Below, one piece after another: positions 48,696-57,882 of a stretch of DNA of 64,000 bases. Position 1 is the first letter of the stretch. Every line of letters starts with the position of its first letter. Below the pieces are notes generated by a model. That model was not told the origin of the DNA. It made no database searches and saw nothing but the letters and a program-made list of their open reading frames with translations. This DNA is from an uncultured Actinomycetota bacterium (GTDB lineage: Bacteria; Actinomycetota; Actinomycetes; JAFAQI01): assembly GCA_963770565.1 (NCBI GenBank), contig CAVYQE010000001.1, positions 1,120,001 to 1,184,000 of the forward strand. Direction: 5' to 3'. The position numbers and the translations under genes are program-made.

Positions 48696-49022
48696 ATGCC
48701 ACAACGATCGTGGAGCAAGAAGCGCGAGCGCCAGTACGAGCACATCAAGTCCGGGCTCGAGGAGCGTGGTCGTCCGGACGGCGTCGCCGAGGAGATTGCG
48801 GCGCGCACGGTGAACAAAGAACGCGCTCGCTCCGGCGAATCCCGCGAACGGAGTCGAACGTCTACCGACGACATCTCCTCGGGTCGCCGCGGTGGCTTGC
48901 GATCACACACGGGTCCGGGCGGCCGCACCAAGGAGCAGCTGTACGCCGAAGCGCGGAAGAAGAACGTGCGTGGCCGCTCGACGATGTCCAAGGCGCAACT
49001 CGAGCGGGCGGTCGGCCGTTGA
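48696..49022 (+). CDS. Small basic conserved protein (often labelled plasmid stabilization protein)
   Basis: WSKKRERQYEHIK, IAARTVNK, QLYAEA...GRSTMSKAQL; RBS GAGGAGG. Confidence 0.85.
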   Translation: MPQRSWSKKRERQYEHIKSGLEERGRPDGVAEEIAARTVNKERARSGESRERSRTSTDDISSGRRGGLRSHTGPGGRTKEQLYAEARKKNVRGRSTMSKAQLERAVGR

Positions 49023-49258
49023 GCGGCACCGAGTCCACGCCGGAGCCCAAGCGGTCCGCGTCCGATCCGCCGGCCGCGAACCAGCCGTTGGACGAACGTC
49101 TCGAGGAAGCGGATTCACCTCAGCCGAGTTCGGCGACCCTGGTCGGGGAGCCGCCGCCGACCCCGGTGCCGGTTGCCGCGCCGCACGGTGGCCAGGTGCC
49201 GCCAGGTAAGCCCGACGGCGAGGTCGATACGCGCACTGCGCGCAGCCTCGGGCGCTGA
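49019..49258 (+). CDS. Possible small Pro-rich protein
   Basis: TTG start overlapping previous stop (TTGA). Confidence 0.35.
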   Translation: MSGTESTPEPKRSASDPPAANQPLDERLEEADSPQPSSATLVGEPPPTPVPVAAPHGGQVPPGKPDGEVDTRTARSLGR

Positions 49259-49347
49259 ATCGTTTCGATCCACCCCCTGTTGCTTACCCGGGTGGGGAAT
49301 GGGCAGAACCATGCGCGTGACTGGTTCGAGTACCGCAGGGGTAAGAA

Positions 49348-49980
49348 ATGACTGAGCACATGTCGATGAACGTCGTCATCCACGCGGCCTTCCGTCGCGA
49401 CTTCGATCGCTTCGATCGGGCGCTCGCCGCTTTCCCGCCGGGGTCCCGGCAGCGGGCCGATCAACTGTCGATCGCCTGGGACAACGTGGCGCACCAGCTC
49501 CATCACCATCACCAGGACGAGGAGACGATCTTCTTCCCGGCCCTGCGCGAGCTCGGCGCGGACCAGGTCCTGGTCACCGACCTCGAGGCCGAGCACGCCC
49601 GGATGCTCACAGCGCTGGATGCTGCCGCGGCTTCGATGAAGGACTTCCACGCCGACCCGACCGCGGACAAGGCGACCGCGGCCCGCAGCGCGGTCGCGGA
49701 GCTTCGCGGCAGCTTTGACGAGCACGCCGCACATGAGGAGCGTGACCTGGAGCCGTTCGCGGCCGGCCAGAGTGGCACGCCGGAGATGAAGGCCGCGCAG
49801 ACCGCGGTGCGGAAGGCCCACAAGGGTGGCACCGGAACGTTCTTCGCCTGGCTGTTGGACGGCGCCGACCCCGCCGCGGCCGCCGGGCTCCGTCAAACAG
49901 TGCCGGCACCGGTTGTGTTCATGATCGACCGAATCGGCGGCCGCGACTACCGGCGACGGATCGCCTCGGTCTGGGCGTGA
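49348..49980 (+). CDS. Hemerythrin domain protein
   Basis: IHAAFRRD, LHHHHQDEE, EAEH, HAAHEE. Confidence 0.88.
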   Translation: MTEHMSMNVVIHAAFRRDFDRFDRALAAFPPGSRQRADQLSIAWDNVAHQLHHHHQDEETIFFPALRELGADQVLVTDLEAEHARMLTALDAAAASMKDFHADPTADKATAARSAVAELRGSFDEHAAHEERDLEPFAAGQSGTPEMKAAQTAVRKAHKGGTGTFFAWLLDGADPAAAAGLRQTVPAPVVFMIDRIGGRDYRRRIASVWA

Positions 49981-50035
49981 TGTGCGGGAGGTGGGGGAGC
50001 ACGAACTCCCTCCACTTCAAGATATAGCCGACCCG

Positions 50036-50054
50036 GGGGCTTGCGGCAAGGCCC
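50036..50054 (+). promoter_or_regulatory. Rifamycin-associated element (RAE)
   Basis: GGGGCTTGCGGCAAGGCCC, 19-bp inverted repeat upstream of helR. Confidence 0.88.
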
Positions 50055-50109
50055 GGGTCATGCCGGACAATCGGCGGCCGAGCCCAGGACCGACGTCGGA
50101 GGTGATCAC

Positions 50110-52269
50110 CTGGACCCCGTCGCGATCAGCGCATTCGACCTTCCTGACCATCTCGCCGCCAAGGCCGACCCCACGCTCATCGCCGGCGATGAGGCGCACT
50201 TCGCCGCGATCGCGCAAAGCCTCGAGCAGTCGATCGCCGACCTGTCCGACCGCCTCGATACCGAGCGCAAGGCACGCGGCGGGATCGGCCAGCACGCGAT
50301 GGACCGGGACATGGAGATCCACCGGTTGGGCGCTCGGCTACGCGCCCTTCGTCGCTTCGGTCTGGACCTCTGCCTAGGGCAGATGGTCAGCGCAGCCAAC
50401 CCAGAACCGGTGTACGTCGGACGACTGGGCCTCACCGACAGCGCGGGCCGCCACCTGCTCGTCGACTGGCGGTCGCCCGCGGCCGAGCCGTTCTTCGGCG
50501 CCACCCACGCAAACCCGATGGGTCTGGTCAGCCGGCGCAGATATCGCTGGACCCGCGGGCGGATCAGCGACTACTGGGACGAGGTTTTCACCGCGGAGGG
50601 GTTCCGGGGTCACGCCGCCGCACTCGACGACCAGTCCGCGTTCATCGCCAGCCTGGGCGGCAATCGCTCGGCGCGGATGCGCGACGTGCTGAGCACCATC
50701 CAGGCCGATCAGGACGCCATCATCCGGGCGGGATCGCGCGGTGCCCTCGTCGTCGACGGCGGGCCCGGGACCGGGAAGACCGTCGTGGCTCTGCACCGCG
50801 CGGCCTACCTCCTCTACTCCGATCCCCGGCTCGGTCACCACCGTGGCGGCGTACTGTTCGTCGGCCCGCACCAGCCCTACCTGGCCTACGTTGCCGACGT
50901 GCTGCCCAGCTTGGGTGAGGAAGGCGTGCAGATCTGCACCCTGCGCGACCTGGTCGCCGAGGGCGTCACTGCAGCTGTCGAGTCCGACCCGGAGGTGGCC
51001 CGACTGAAGTCGTCGGCCGACCTGGTGCAGGCGGTCGAGGCCGCGGTGGGGATCTACGAGGAGCCGCCCGCGAAAGGAATGACGGTCGAGACCGACTGTG
51101 GCGACTTCTGGCTGAGCGCCGAGGAATGGGCCGAGGCGTTCGACGCGCCGGAGCCCGGTACGCCGCACAACGAGGCACGCGAGCGGATCTGGGAAGAGCT
51201 GCTCGAGATGCTCTTGGACAAGCACGACGACGAAGAGGTCTCGCCGGACCTGGTCCGGAAGGCGCTCGTGCAGAACGCGCAGCTGCGCGGGGCCCTCAAC
51301 CGGGCCTGGACGCTCATCGAGGCGGCCGACCTGGTCGGAGACCTGTGGTCGGTGCCCGCCTACCTGCGCAAGTGCGCTCCTTGGCTGCGCCCCGACGAGG
51401 TTCAGCGGCTGCAGCGCGAGGTTCCCCAGGCCTGGACGGTGTCCGACCTGCCGCTGCTGGATGCCGCCCGGCTACGGCTCGGCGACCCGAATGCGGCACG
51501 GCGTCAGCGTCGGCACAATGCCGCCGTTGCGTCCGAACGCGAGCGGATGACCGCGGTCGTCGACAACCTGATCAATGCCGGTGGCGACGAGTACGGCGAA
51601 GGCTTGGTGTCGATGCTGCGGGGGGAGGACTTCCACGACGCGCTGGTGGGTCAGACCGCGCCGCCGGACACCGATCCCGATCGACTGGCCGGTCCGTTCG
51701 CGCACATCATCGTGGACGAGGCCCAGGAACTCAGCGACGCCGAGTGGCAGATGTTGCTGCTCCGTTGCCCCTCGCGCAGCTTCACGATCGTGGGGGACCG
51801 GGCTCAGGCCAGGCACGGGTTCACGGAGTCGTGGCAGGAACGGCTCGAGCGGATCGGGCTCGACCGGATCACCCTGTCCTCCTTGAGCATCAACTACCGG
51901 ACCCCGCAAGAGGTCATGGCACAGGCTGAGCCGGTCATCCACGCCGTGCTCCCGGATGCCAACGTGCCGACATCTATCCGCAGCAGCGGCGTGCCCGTCG
52001 TACACAGATCCGCTGCAGACCTGGAGTCGATCATCGACAACTGGCTCGCTGCCAACGCGGAGGGGATCGCCTGCGTCATCGGCGATCCCGCGTTCCAGGC
52101 AAGTCCCCGCGTGCGGTCGCTGACCCCGGTACTGGCGAAGGGACTAGAGTTCGACCTAGTCGTCCTTATCGACCCCGAGGCCTTCGGAACGGGCATCGAG
52201 GGCGCGGTTGACCGCTATGTCGCCATGACCCGTGCGACCCAGCAACTGGTGATCCTCACGAGTTCCTGA
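50110..52269 (+). CDS. helR: RNA polymerase recycling ATPase HelR (HelD-like, rifamycin protection)
   Basis: AFDLP..KADP..IAGDE N-terminus, DWRSP, GGPGTGKT, DEAQE, KGLEFD, YVAMTRAT; RAE upstream. Confidence 0.9.
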   Translation: MDPVAISAFDLPDHLAAKADPTLIAGDEAHFAAIAQSLEQSIADLSDRLDTERKARGGIGQHAMDRDMEIHRLGARLRALRRFGLDLCLGQMVSAANPEPVYVGRLGLTDSAGRHLLVDWRSPAAEPFFGATHANPMGLVSRRRYRWTRGRISDYWDEVFTAEGFRGHAAALDDQSAFIASLGGNRSARMRDVLSTIQADQDAIIRAGSRGALVVDGGPGTGKTVVALHRAAYLLYSDPRLGHHRGGVLFVGPHQPYLAYVADVLPSLGEEGVQICTLRDLVAEGVTAAVESDPEVARLKSSADLVQAVEAAVGIYEEPPAKGMTVETDCGDFWLSAEEWAEAFDAPEPGTPHNEARERIWEELLEMLLDKHDDEEVSPDLVRKALVQNAQLRGALNRAWTLIEAADLVGDLWSVPAYLRKCAPWLRPDEVQRLQREVPQAWTVSDLPLLDAARLRLGDPNAARRQRRHNAAVASERERMTAVVDNLINAGGDEYGEGLVSMLRGEDFHDALVGQTAPPDTDPDRLAGPFAHIIVDEAQELSDAEWQMLLLRCPSRSFTIVGDRAQARHGFTESWQERLERIGLDRITLSSLSINYRTPQEVMAQAEPVIHAVLPDANVPTSIRSSGVPVVHRSAADLESIIDNWLAANAEGIACVIGDPAFQASPRVRSLTPVLAKGLEFDLVVLIDPEAFGTGIEGAVDRYVAMTRATQQLVILTSS

Positions 52270-52367
52270 CTTCGGCCAGGACAACCTGATTCGGCACGCT
52301 GCGTCGTGTCCGGGATTTCGTGGGTTTCCGTGATTTTCTTTGGGTAGCGACGATCCCTGGGGGACCG

Positions 52368-53579
52368 ATGAGACACCGATCAGCAATCGGACTGGCCGTT
52401 GTGGCCGCGGGCGCACTGCTCGTACCGATGGTCGCGGCCAGTCCCGCGTCCAGCGCCGTGCCGCGAGCACCTCGGACTGCCGGCGACGGTTGGTGCGCCT
52501 CGCCCACCTCGGTACCCTGCATCGTCACGGTCACTCGGGACGGAAGTCCGGTCGTGGACGGCAGTCCGACCTGGGACGTCACGGTGGGCGATATCTCAGG
52601 CAGCGGCGCGCACGCGGCGCAGTGGTTCGTCAGCGACCCGAGTGCGAGCGTGACCGATCCGCTGACCTCAGAGACGTATGCGTCGATGCCGGCCGCCGAA
52701 ACCGGTCACAGCTGGAGCATCACCGTTCGCGTTGCGTTCCAACCTCGGGAGACCGACGGGTACGGCGACAACATGACGGTCCACCGCGTCGACAACGGCA
52801 ACGGCACCTCTGACGTGACCATCACCGCGAACCCGGTCACGATGGGTGCCAACGCCGAATGCACGACCTCCAGTTGGCCGTGGAGCTGCCCGAGCACCTC
52901 CGGCGCCAACGTCACGTTGATCCAGGGCGACATCAGCGACTTCGAGCAGTGGAACGACTCCAGCCAGTGGGGCGACTTCAACGGCATGGACATGTCGACC
53001 AATATCGAGGCGACCGACATCCCGCCGGAGATCACCGGCGACCCGTTCACCATCACGGTCGACCTCGCGAACTCGCACCAGCTGGTCGGTGCCGGCTCGC
53101 CCTTCCAGGGCTTCTTCCACATCACCATTCCCAACCAGTTCCTCATCGACATGGGAATCGACGACCCGTCGACGCTCGACCCGGCGGGGATCTCGACCTC
53201 GATCGGCTCCGGAACGGTGGTCGTGACGCCGGGTTCCGATTCGACCCAGGTCGATGCCACCGGGATCGCGTTCTCGCCGCGGTCGCTCAAGCTCAAGCGC
53301 GGCATCGTCACGCCGACCCGGGTGACGATCGTGCACTCGAGCCGGACGAAGTTCCGGGCCCACCTGAGCTTCCAGAAGTCCCGGCCGCGGGGTTCTCGGA
53401 TCAAGGGCTACGAGGCGAGGTGCCTGGCAAAGCACCACCCGCGCCGAACCGTGTCCGGTAAGCACTCGCCGCTGGTGGTCAAGCAGCTCGCTGCGGGCGT
53501 TCGTTACACCTGCGCGGTGCGAGCTCACGCCAAGGCGGGTTACGGCCGCTGGTCCAAGCCGCGCCACATCAAGGGATAA
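52368..53579 (+). CDS. Secreted protein with C-terminal FN3-like basic domain
   Basis: Signal peptide, acidic Ser/Thr-rich core, GVRYTCAVRA...GYGRWS. Confidence 0.8.
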   Translation: MRHRSAIGLAVVAAGALLVPMVAASPASSAVPRAPRTAGDGWCASPTSVPCIVTVTRDGSPVVDGSPTWDVTVGDISGSGAHAAQWFVSDPSASVTDPLTSETYASMPAAETGHSWSITVRVAFQPRETDGYGDNMTVHRVDNGNGTSDVTITANPVTMGANAECTTSSWPWSCPSTSGANVTLIQGDISDFEQWNDSSQWGDFNGMDMSTNIEATDIPPEITGDPFTITVDLANSHQLVGAGSPFQGFFHITIPNQFLIDMGIDDPSTLDPAGISTSIGSGTVVVTPGSDSTQVDATGIAFSPRSLKLKRGIVTPTRVTIVHSSRTKFRAHLSFQKSRPRGSRIKGYEARCLAKHHPRRTVSGKHSPLVVKQLAAGVRYTCAVRAHAKAGYGRWSKPRHIKG

Positions 53580-53669
53580 CCCGCAGGCGCAGCGGATCTC
53601 GGAACGCTGCTGATAATCGGCCGGGGCTCGTGCAAAAATTCCTGACCGACGACCTGTTCCGGGGGGTTA

Positions 53670-56294
53670 GTGATGTCGCTCGCGGGTGCCTGCTTTCGTC
53701 GCCGCCTTGCGGCGTACGGCGCGTTCGTCGCCGCGGTCGCAGCGGTCGGGGCGGTCGGGCTGGATGCGGCCCCGGTAGCGGTCGCGAGCAGCGCGACCAC
53801 CCTCAAGCAGTGCACCGCGAGTGCATTGACAGCGGCGGCCAAGAAGGGTGGCGAGATCGACTTCGGCTGCTCCGGCACCATCACGCTCACTGCGCCGATC
53901 ACACTGGCGAAGGGCGACAGCCTCATCCTCGACGCCAACAAGAACAAAGTCACGATCAGCGGCGGCGGCAAGGTCCGGATCTTCACGGTGACCGGCGGCT
54001 CCCTGAGCGTCAACGGTCTGACGCTCACCAAGGGAGACCTCATCCCGGCCGCGGTGGCGAACGGTGGCAACGGCAAGCCGGGCACGGCCGGCGAGGCCGG
54101 CGACCTGGGTGCGCCGGGTACGGCGGGAAACCCGGGGACCGACGGCGACGTCGGCACCGACGGCAGCCCCGGTGACAACGGTGCCAGCGGCAACCCGGGC
54201 GCCCGCACAGAGACCGGTCCGGCGGACGAGGGCGGCGCGATCTATATCGCGACCGGGTCAACCGTGACGCTGTCCAGCGTCAAGATCACCAGCTCCGGGG
54301 TGGTCGGGCAGGCCGGTGGCAAGGGCGGCTCGGGCGGCAAGGGCGGCCACGGTGGCGACGGTGGCAACGGCGGGATCGGTGGCCCGGGCGTCGGTAGTGG
54401 CGGTGGCGCAGGCAATGGCGGTCACGCCGGCGACGGCGGCAAGGGCGGCGACGGCGGCAACGGTGGCGATGGTGGGGACGGCGCCGACGCGCTCGGCGGC
54501 GCGATCTACAACGCCGGCACGCTGACGATCACCAAGTGCACTTTCCAAGGCGATACGGTGGTCGGTGGCGCCGGCGGCTCGGGCGGCAAAGCCGGCGACG
54601 GTGGCGACGGCGGTGCAGGTGGCGGCGCCGGATCCGGAAACTTCGGCGCCAACAGCGACCAGGGCACCCCGCAGGGTGGCGTGAAAGGCGGGTCCGGCGG
54701 TGACGGTGCGGAGGCCGGCGTGTCCGCCGACGGAGGTGACGCCGGCGATGCCGGCGGCGGTGGGGACGGCGGGGCCGGATCCGGCGGCGCGATCTTCACG
54801 ATCGGAAAGCTGACCGGGTCCGGCGACACCTTCACGGCGGATACTGCAACGGGCGGGGCGGCCGGCTCCGCCGGCGCCGGCGCTGCCGGTGGGCCGGGCG
54901 GGACCGCCGGCACGAGCACCCGCACCAACCCGAACACGGGGAGCCCGCCGGACCCGGTCGACCCGTTGCCCGCCTCGTGGGGTGGCATGGGCGGCTGGGG
55001 TGGGGTCGGCTTTCCGGCGGTCCAGCAACTGCCGCCGTACGACCTGCCCGGCGGTGCAGGCGGTAGCGGCGGGCCGGGTGGCGAGGGCGGCGCCGGAGGT
55101 GGCGCGGGCGATGGCGGCGACGGTGGGGGCGGCGGAACGGCTGAGGGCGGCGCCATCTACGCCGACGGTCCCGGCGCGGTGTCGCTGTCGGGGGAGACCT
55201 TCGCCGCAAACACGGTGACCGGGGCGAAGGGAGCCAACGGCGCGCCCGGTGGCGCCGGCGGGGCCGGCGGCGCAGGCGGACCGGGTGGTGGCGGTGGCTG
55301 GGCGGGCGTCGGAATCGAGGGGCAGGACACGCAGTACGCCACCTCCGGCAACGGCGGCAACGGCGGTGACGGTGGTGACGGCGCGGACGGCGGCCGTGGC
55401 GGTCAGGGTGGTGACGGCGGCGACGCCAAGGGACCGGCGGTCTACACGACAAGCGACGTGGCCGGGTTCGCCAACACCACACCGGTTTTTAGCGGCTCGA
55501 CCGCGACGAAGGGCGACAAAGGCAACGGCGGCGTGCCAGGTGCCGGTGGCGCGGTGGGCGCCGCCGGGGTCGCGGGCACACACGGCCAGAGCCAGGCCGG
55601 CCCGGGCCACAACGACGGTGGCGACGGCACCGCCGGCGATGCGGGCGACGAGGGCGACGCCGGCGTACAAGGCAACGCGGGCCAGGACGGCACGGCCGAC
55701 CCGACCGATGAGAGCACGGCGAACCCGCCGCCGACTCCGGGGCCCGGGCTGGCGGACCCGCCGCTGCCAGATGCGACCGCCGGCTCGCCCTATTCGCATG
55801 CGCTGACCGCCTCGGGTGGCACTCCGCCGTACTCCTGGTCGGTGGCCTCAGGGTCGCTTCCGGCCGGAGTCAGCCTCGGCAAGGCGAGCGGTGTGCTGAG
55901 CGGTACGCCGAAGGCCGCGGCCGCCCTGACGTTCACCGTCCAGGTGTCGGACTCCGCGAAGCAGACTGCCGAGGAGTTGTTCACCCTGGTGGTCTCCGGG
56001 CCCGCTTCGACGGCAACCGCGTTGAAGTCCAGCAAGAACCCGTTGAAACACGGGAAGAAGGGCGCGATCACCGTGACCGTGACCTCGCCGGTAGCGGGTG
56101 CCGGGACGCCGACCGGCTCGGTGCGGTGGACCGTCAACGGCAAGGTGAAGGGGACTGCGCGGCTACATGGCGGCAAGGCAGCGCTGTCGCTGAAGAAGTT
56201 CAAGAACGGCAGCTACACGATCGTCGCGACCTACCTGCCCGACGGCCCCTTTGCGGCGAGCCACTCGAGGAAGCTGGTCGAGCGGATCACCTGA
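53670..56294 (+). CDS. Secreted PGRS-like Gly-rich protein with Pmp-type GGAI repeats and Ig-like domains
   Basis: Signal peptide; GGAIY/GGAIF x4; GGxGGxGG tracts; GGTPPYSW...GSLPAG Ig; C-terminal Big-like domain. Confidence 0.85.
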   Translation: MMSLAGACFRRRLAAYGAFVAAVAAVGAVGLDAAPVAVASSATTLKQCTASALTAAAKKGGEIDFGCSGTITLTAPITLAKGDSLILDANKNKVTISGGGKVRIFTVTGGSLSVNGLTLTKGDLIPAAVANGGNGKPGTAGEAGDLGAPGTAGNPGTDGDVGTDGSPGDNGASGNPGARTETGPADEGGAIYIATGSTVTLSSVKITSSGVVGQAGGKGGSGGKGGHGGDGGNGGIGGPGVGSGGGAGNGGHAGDGGKGGDGGNGGDGGDGADALGGAIYNAGTLTITKCTFQGDTVVGGAGGSGGKAGDGGDGGAGGGAGSGNFGANSDQGTPQGGVKGGSGGDGAEAGVSADGGDAGDAGGGGDGGAGSGGAIFTIGKLTGSGDTFTADTATGGAAGSAGAGAAGGPGGTAGTSTRTNPNTGSPPDPVDPLPASWGGMGGWGGVGFPAVQQLPPYDLPGGAGGSGGPGGEGGAGGGAGDGGDGGGGGTAEGGAIYADGPGAVSLSGETFAANTVTGAKGANGAPGGAGGAGGAGGPGGGGGWAGVGIEGQDTQYATSGNGGNGGDGGDGADGGRGGQGGDGGDAKGPAVYTTSDVAGFANTTPVFSGSTATKGDKGNGGVPGAGGAVGAAGVAGTHGQSQAGPGHNDGGDGTAGDAGDEGDAGVQGNAGQDGTADPTDESTANPPPTPGPGLADPPLPDATAGSPYSHALTASGGTPPYSWSVASGSLPAGVSLGKASGVLSGTPKAAAALTFTVQVSDSAKQTAEELFTLVVSGPASTATALKSSKNPLKHGKKGAITVTVTSPVAGAGTPTGSVRWTVNGKVKGTARLHGGKAALSLKKFKNGSYTIVATYLPDGPFAASHSRKLVERIT

Positions 56295-56332
56295 TCATCC
56301 CGGATTTCGTGCCGCGGCGACTTCGTCCTGGT

Positions 56333-56512
56333 TCAGGGGCTTCCGCCCATCAGATCGACGAGCATCCCCCGGCTGAGTCCGAGCTCGCCCAGCAAGGGCG
56401 CGTCGCGCTCGAGATCCACCGGATCCGGCAACCGGTCCTCCTGGCCTTCGATCAAGCCGTACGTGCCGGTACGACGAAGGGTGTCAAGAACCTCCTGTTT
56501 CGAACGGATCAT
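56333..56512 (-). CDS. Small hypothetical protein
   Basis: RBS GAAAGGA; MIRSKQEVLD...LPDPVD...LMGGSP. Confidence 0.65.
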   Translation of the reverse strand: MIRSKQEVLDTLRRTGTYGLIEGQEDRLPDPVDLERDAPLLGELGLSRGMLVDLMGGSP

Positions 56513-56682
56513 CCGAGTCCTTTCGGGGTATTTCCGATGCCTGTTCTGCACCTGGGAGACCGGCGCAGTCAGAAAGGCAGCCGGTGTGACGCTCGTGTGA
56601 CGCCCGGTCAGCAACCTTTCCTTGGTGCCCCGGCTCATCGACCACGCTAGCGGTCCGCCGAGGCCAGAAGGAAGGCAGCACA

Positions 56683-57843
56683 GTGACCTCGACCGTTGCG
56701 AGAGCGCACCGCTCGCTGATCGTCCTGCTGTCGGTGAGCGCGATCGTGCTAGGGACCGCGTCGACCGGCTACGCCGCCACCCATCCGAAGATCGGGCCAC
56801 GGCACTTGGTCGGATCGACCTTCACTACAGCGACCGGTCCGGTGCTCTCATGTCCACCGGGCAAACCGGCGGCAACGACGACCTGCTACCTGGTCGGCGC
56901 GGGCGCGGGTGGAACGGCTCCGCCCGGCGTCACCCCGTTCCCGCCGGACGACTACCTCAACGAGGTCGTTCCGGTGCGGGATGGAAAGCCGCAGACCCCG
57001 ATCGTGTTCCCGGGCGCGGAGTCAGCGTCGGTCGTCAGTTGCACGTCCGCGACCGCCTGCGAGACAGCCGGCTACGCCACGACCTACCGCCAGGCCGCGT
57101 TCATCCCGTTGACGAAGGGAACGCCGGGTAAGCCGGTCAAGGTCAGCGGGTACATCGCGTGGACCGGACTGGTCTGCACGTCGCCGGGCAACTGCGTCGG
57201 GGTCGGCTCGCGGCGCAAGACCGCGAACAGCGGCTCGGCTAAGGGCGTCGTGATCCGGCTACACAATGGCAAGGCTTCGACGGAACAGGTGCTGGCCGAC
57301 GCGGCCGGCGTGAGCGGGTTGTCCTGTCTGAGCAAGACGACCTGCGTCGCGGTCGGCCAGACTTCCGACTTCAAGTTCGGATTCGTGATCCCCATCACGA
57401 ACGGCCACGCGGGGGCAATCCATGTCGTGACCTCGGTCGGTGCGATCAGCTCGGTCGCCTGCAATTGGACGAAGAACACGTGCGCCGGCACCGGCTTCAA
57501 GACGTCGCAGAAACAGGGGGTGTTGCCGGTCCGAGTGTTGATCCACGGCGGTCACGTCACGGTGACCAAACTGTCGGCGTCGAGCCCGACGCTGTCGGGG
57601 CTGACCTGCGCCTCGCGCGGGCACTGTGTGGCCTTTGGGGTCGCGAAACCGGACCAGCACGGCGAGCACGCGGTCGTCGCCGCCGTGACCAACGGCAAGA
57701 TCGGCCCTTGGGTCACGGTCGGTGGGAGCGCTGACGCTGAGTGGGTGGCCTGCTCCCGGGTCGGCTCGTGCGTCGGCGTGGCGTCCTCACTCACCGGCCA
57801 GTTCCCGGGCGACATCCTGCGCACTTTCACCATCCAGTACTAG
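56683..57843 (+). CDS. Secreted Cys-repeat (beta-propeller-like) protein
   Basis: Signal peptide; about 7 repeats of [VL]xC-x4/5-CxxxG. Confidence 0.8.
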   Translation: MTSTVARAHRSLIVLLSVSAIVLGTASTGYAATHPKIGPRHLVGSTFTTATGPVLSCPPGKPAATTTCYLVGAGAGGTAPPGVTPFPPDDYLNEVVPVRDGKPQTPIVFPGAESASVVSCTSATACETAGYATTYRQAAFIPLTKGTPGKPVKVSGYIAWTGLVCTSPGNCVGVGSRRKTANSGSAKGVVIRLHNGKASTEQVLADAAGVSGLSCLSKTTCVAVGQTSDFKFGFVIPITNGHAGAIHVVTSVGAISSVACNWTKNTCAGTGFKTSQKQGVLPVRVLIHGGHVTVTKLSASSPTLSGLTCASRGHCVAFGVAKPDQHGEHAVVAAVTNGKIGPWVTVGGSADAEWVACSRVGSCVGVASSLTGQFPGDILRTFTIQY

Positions 57844-57882
57844 CCGTCAACCTCGTCCTGATCCGACTCGGAGGTCCCGTAC

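Noticed and set aside
48696-49022. Plasmid stabilization label implying a plasmid or toxin-antitoxin system
   Set aside because: No ParE/RelE-like features or plasmid genes; the context is a chromosomal stress cluster.
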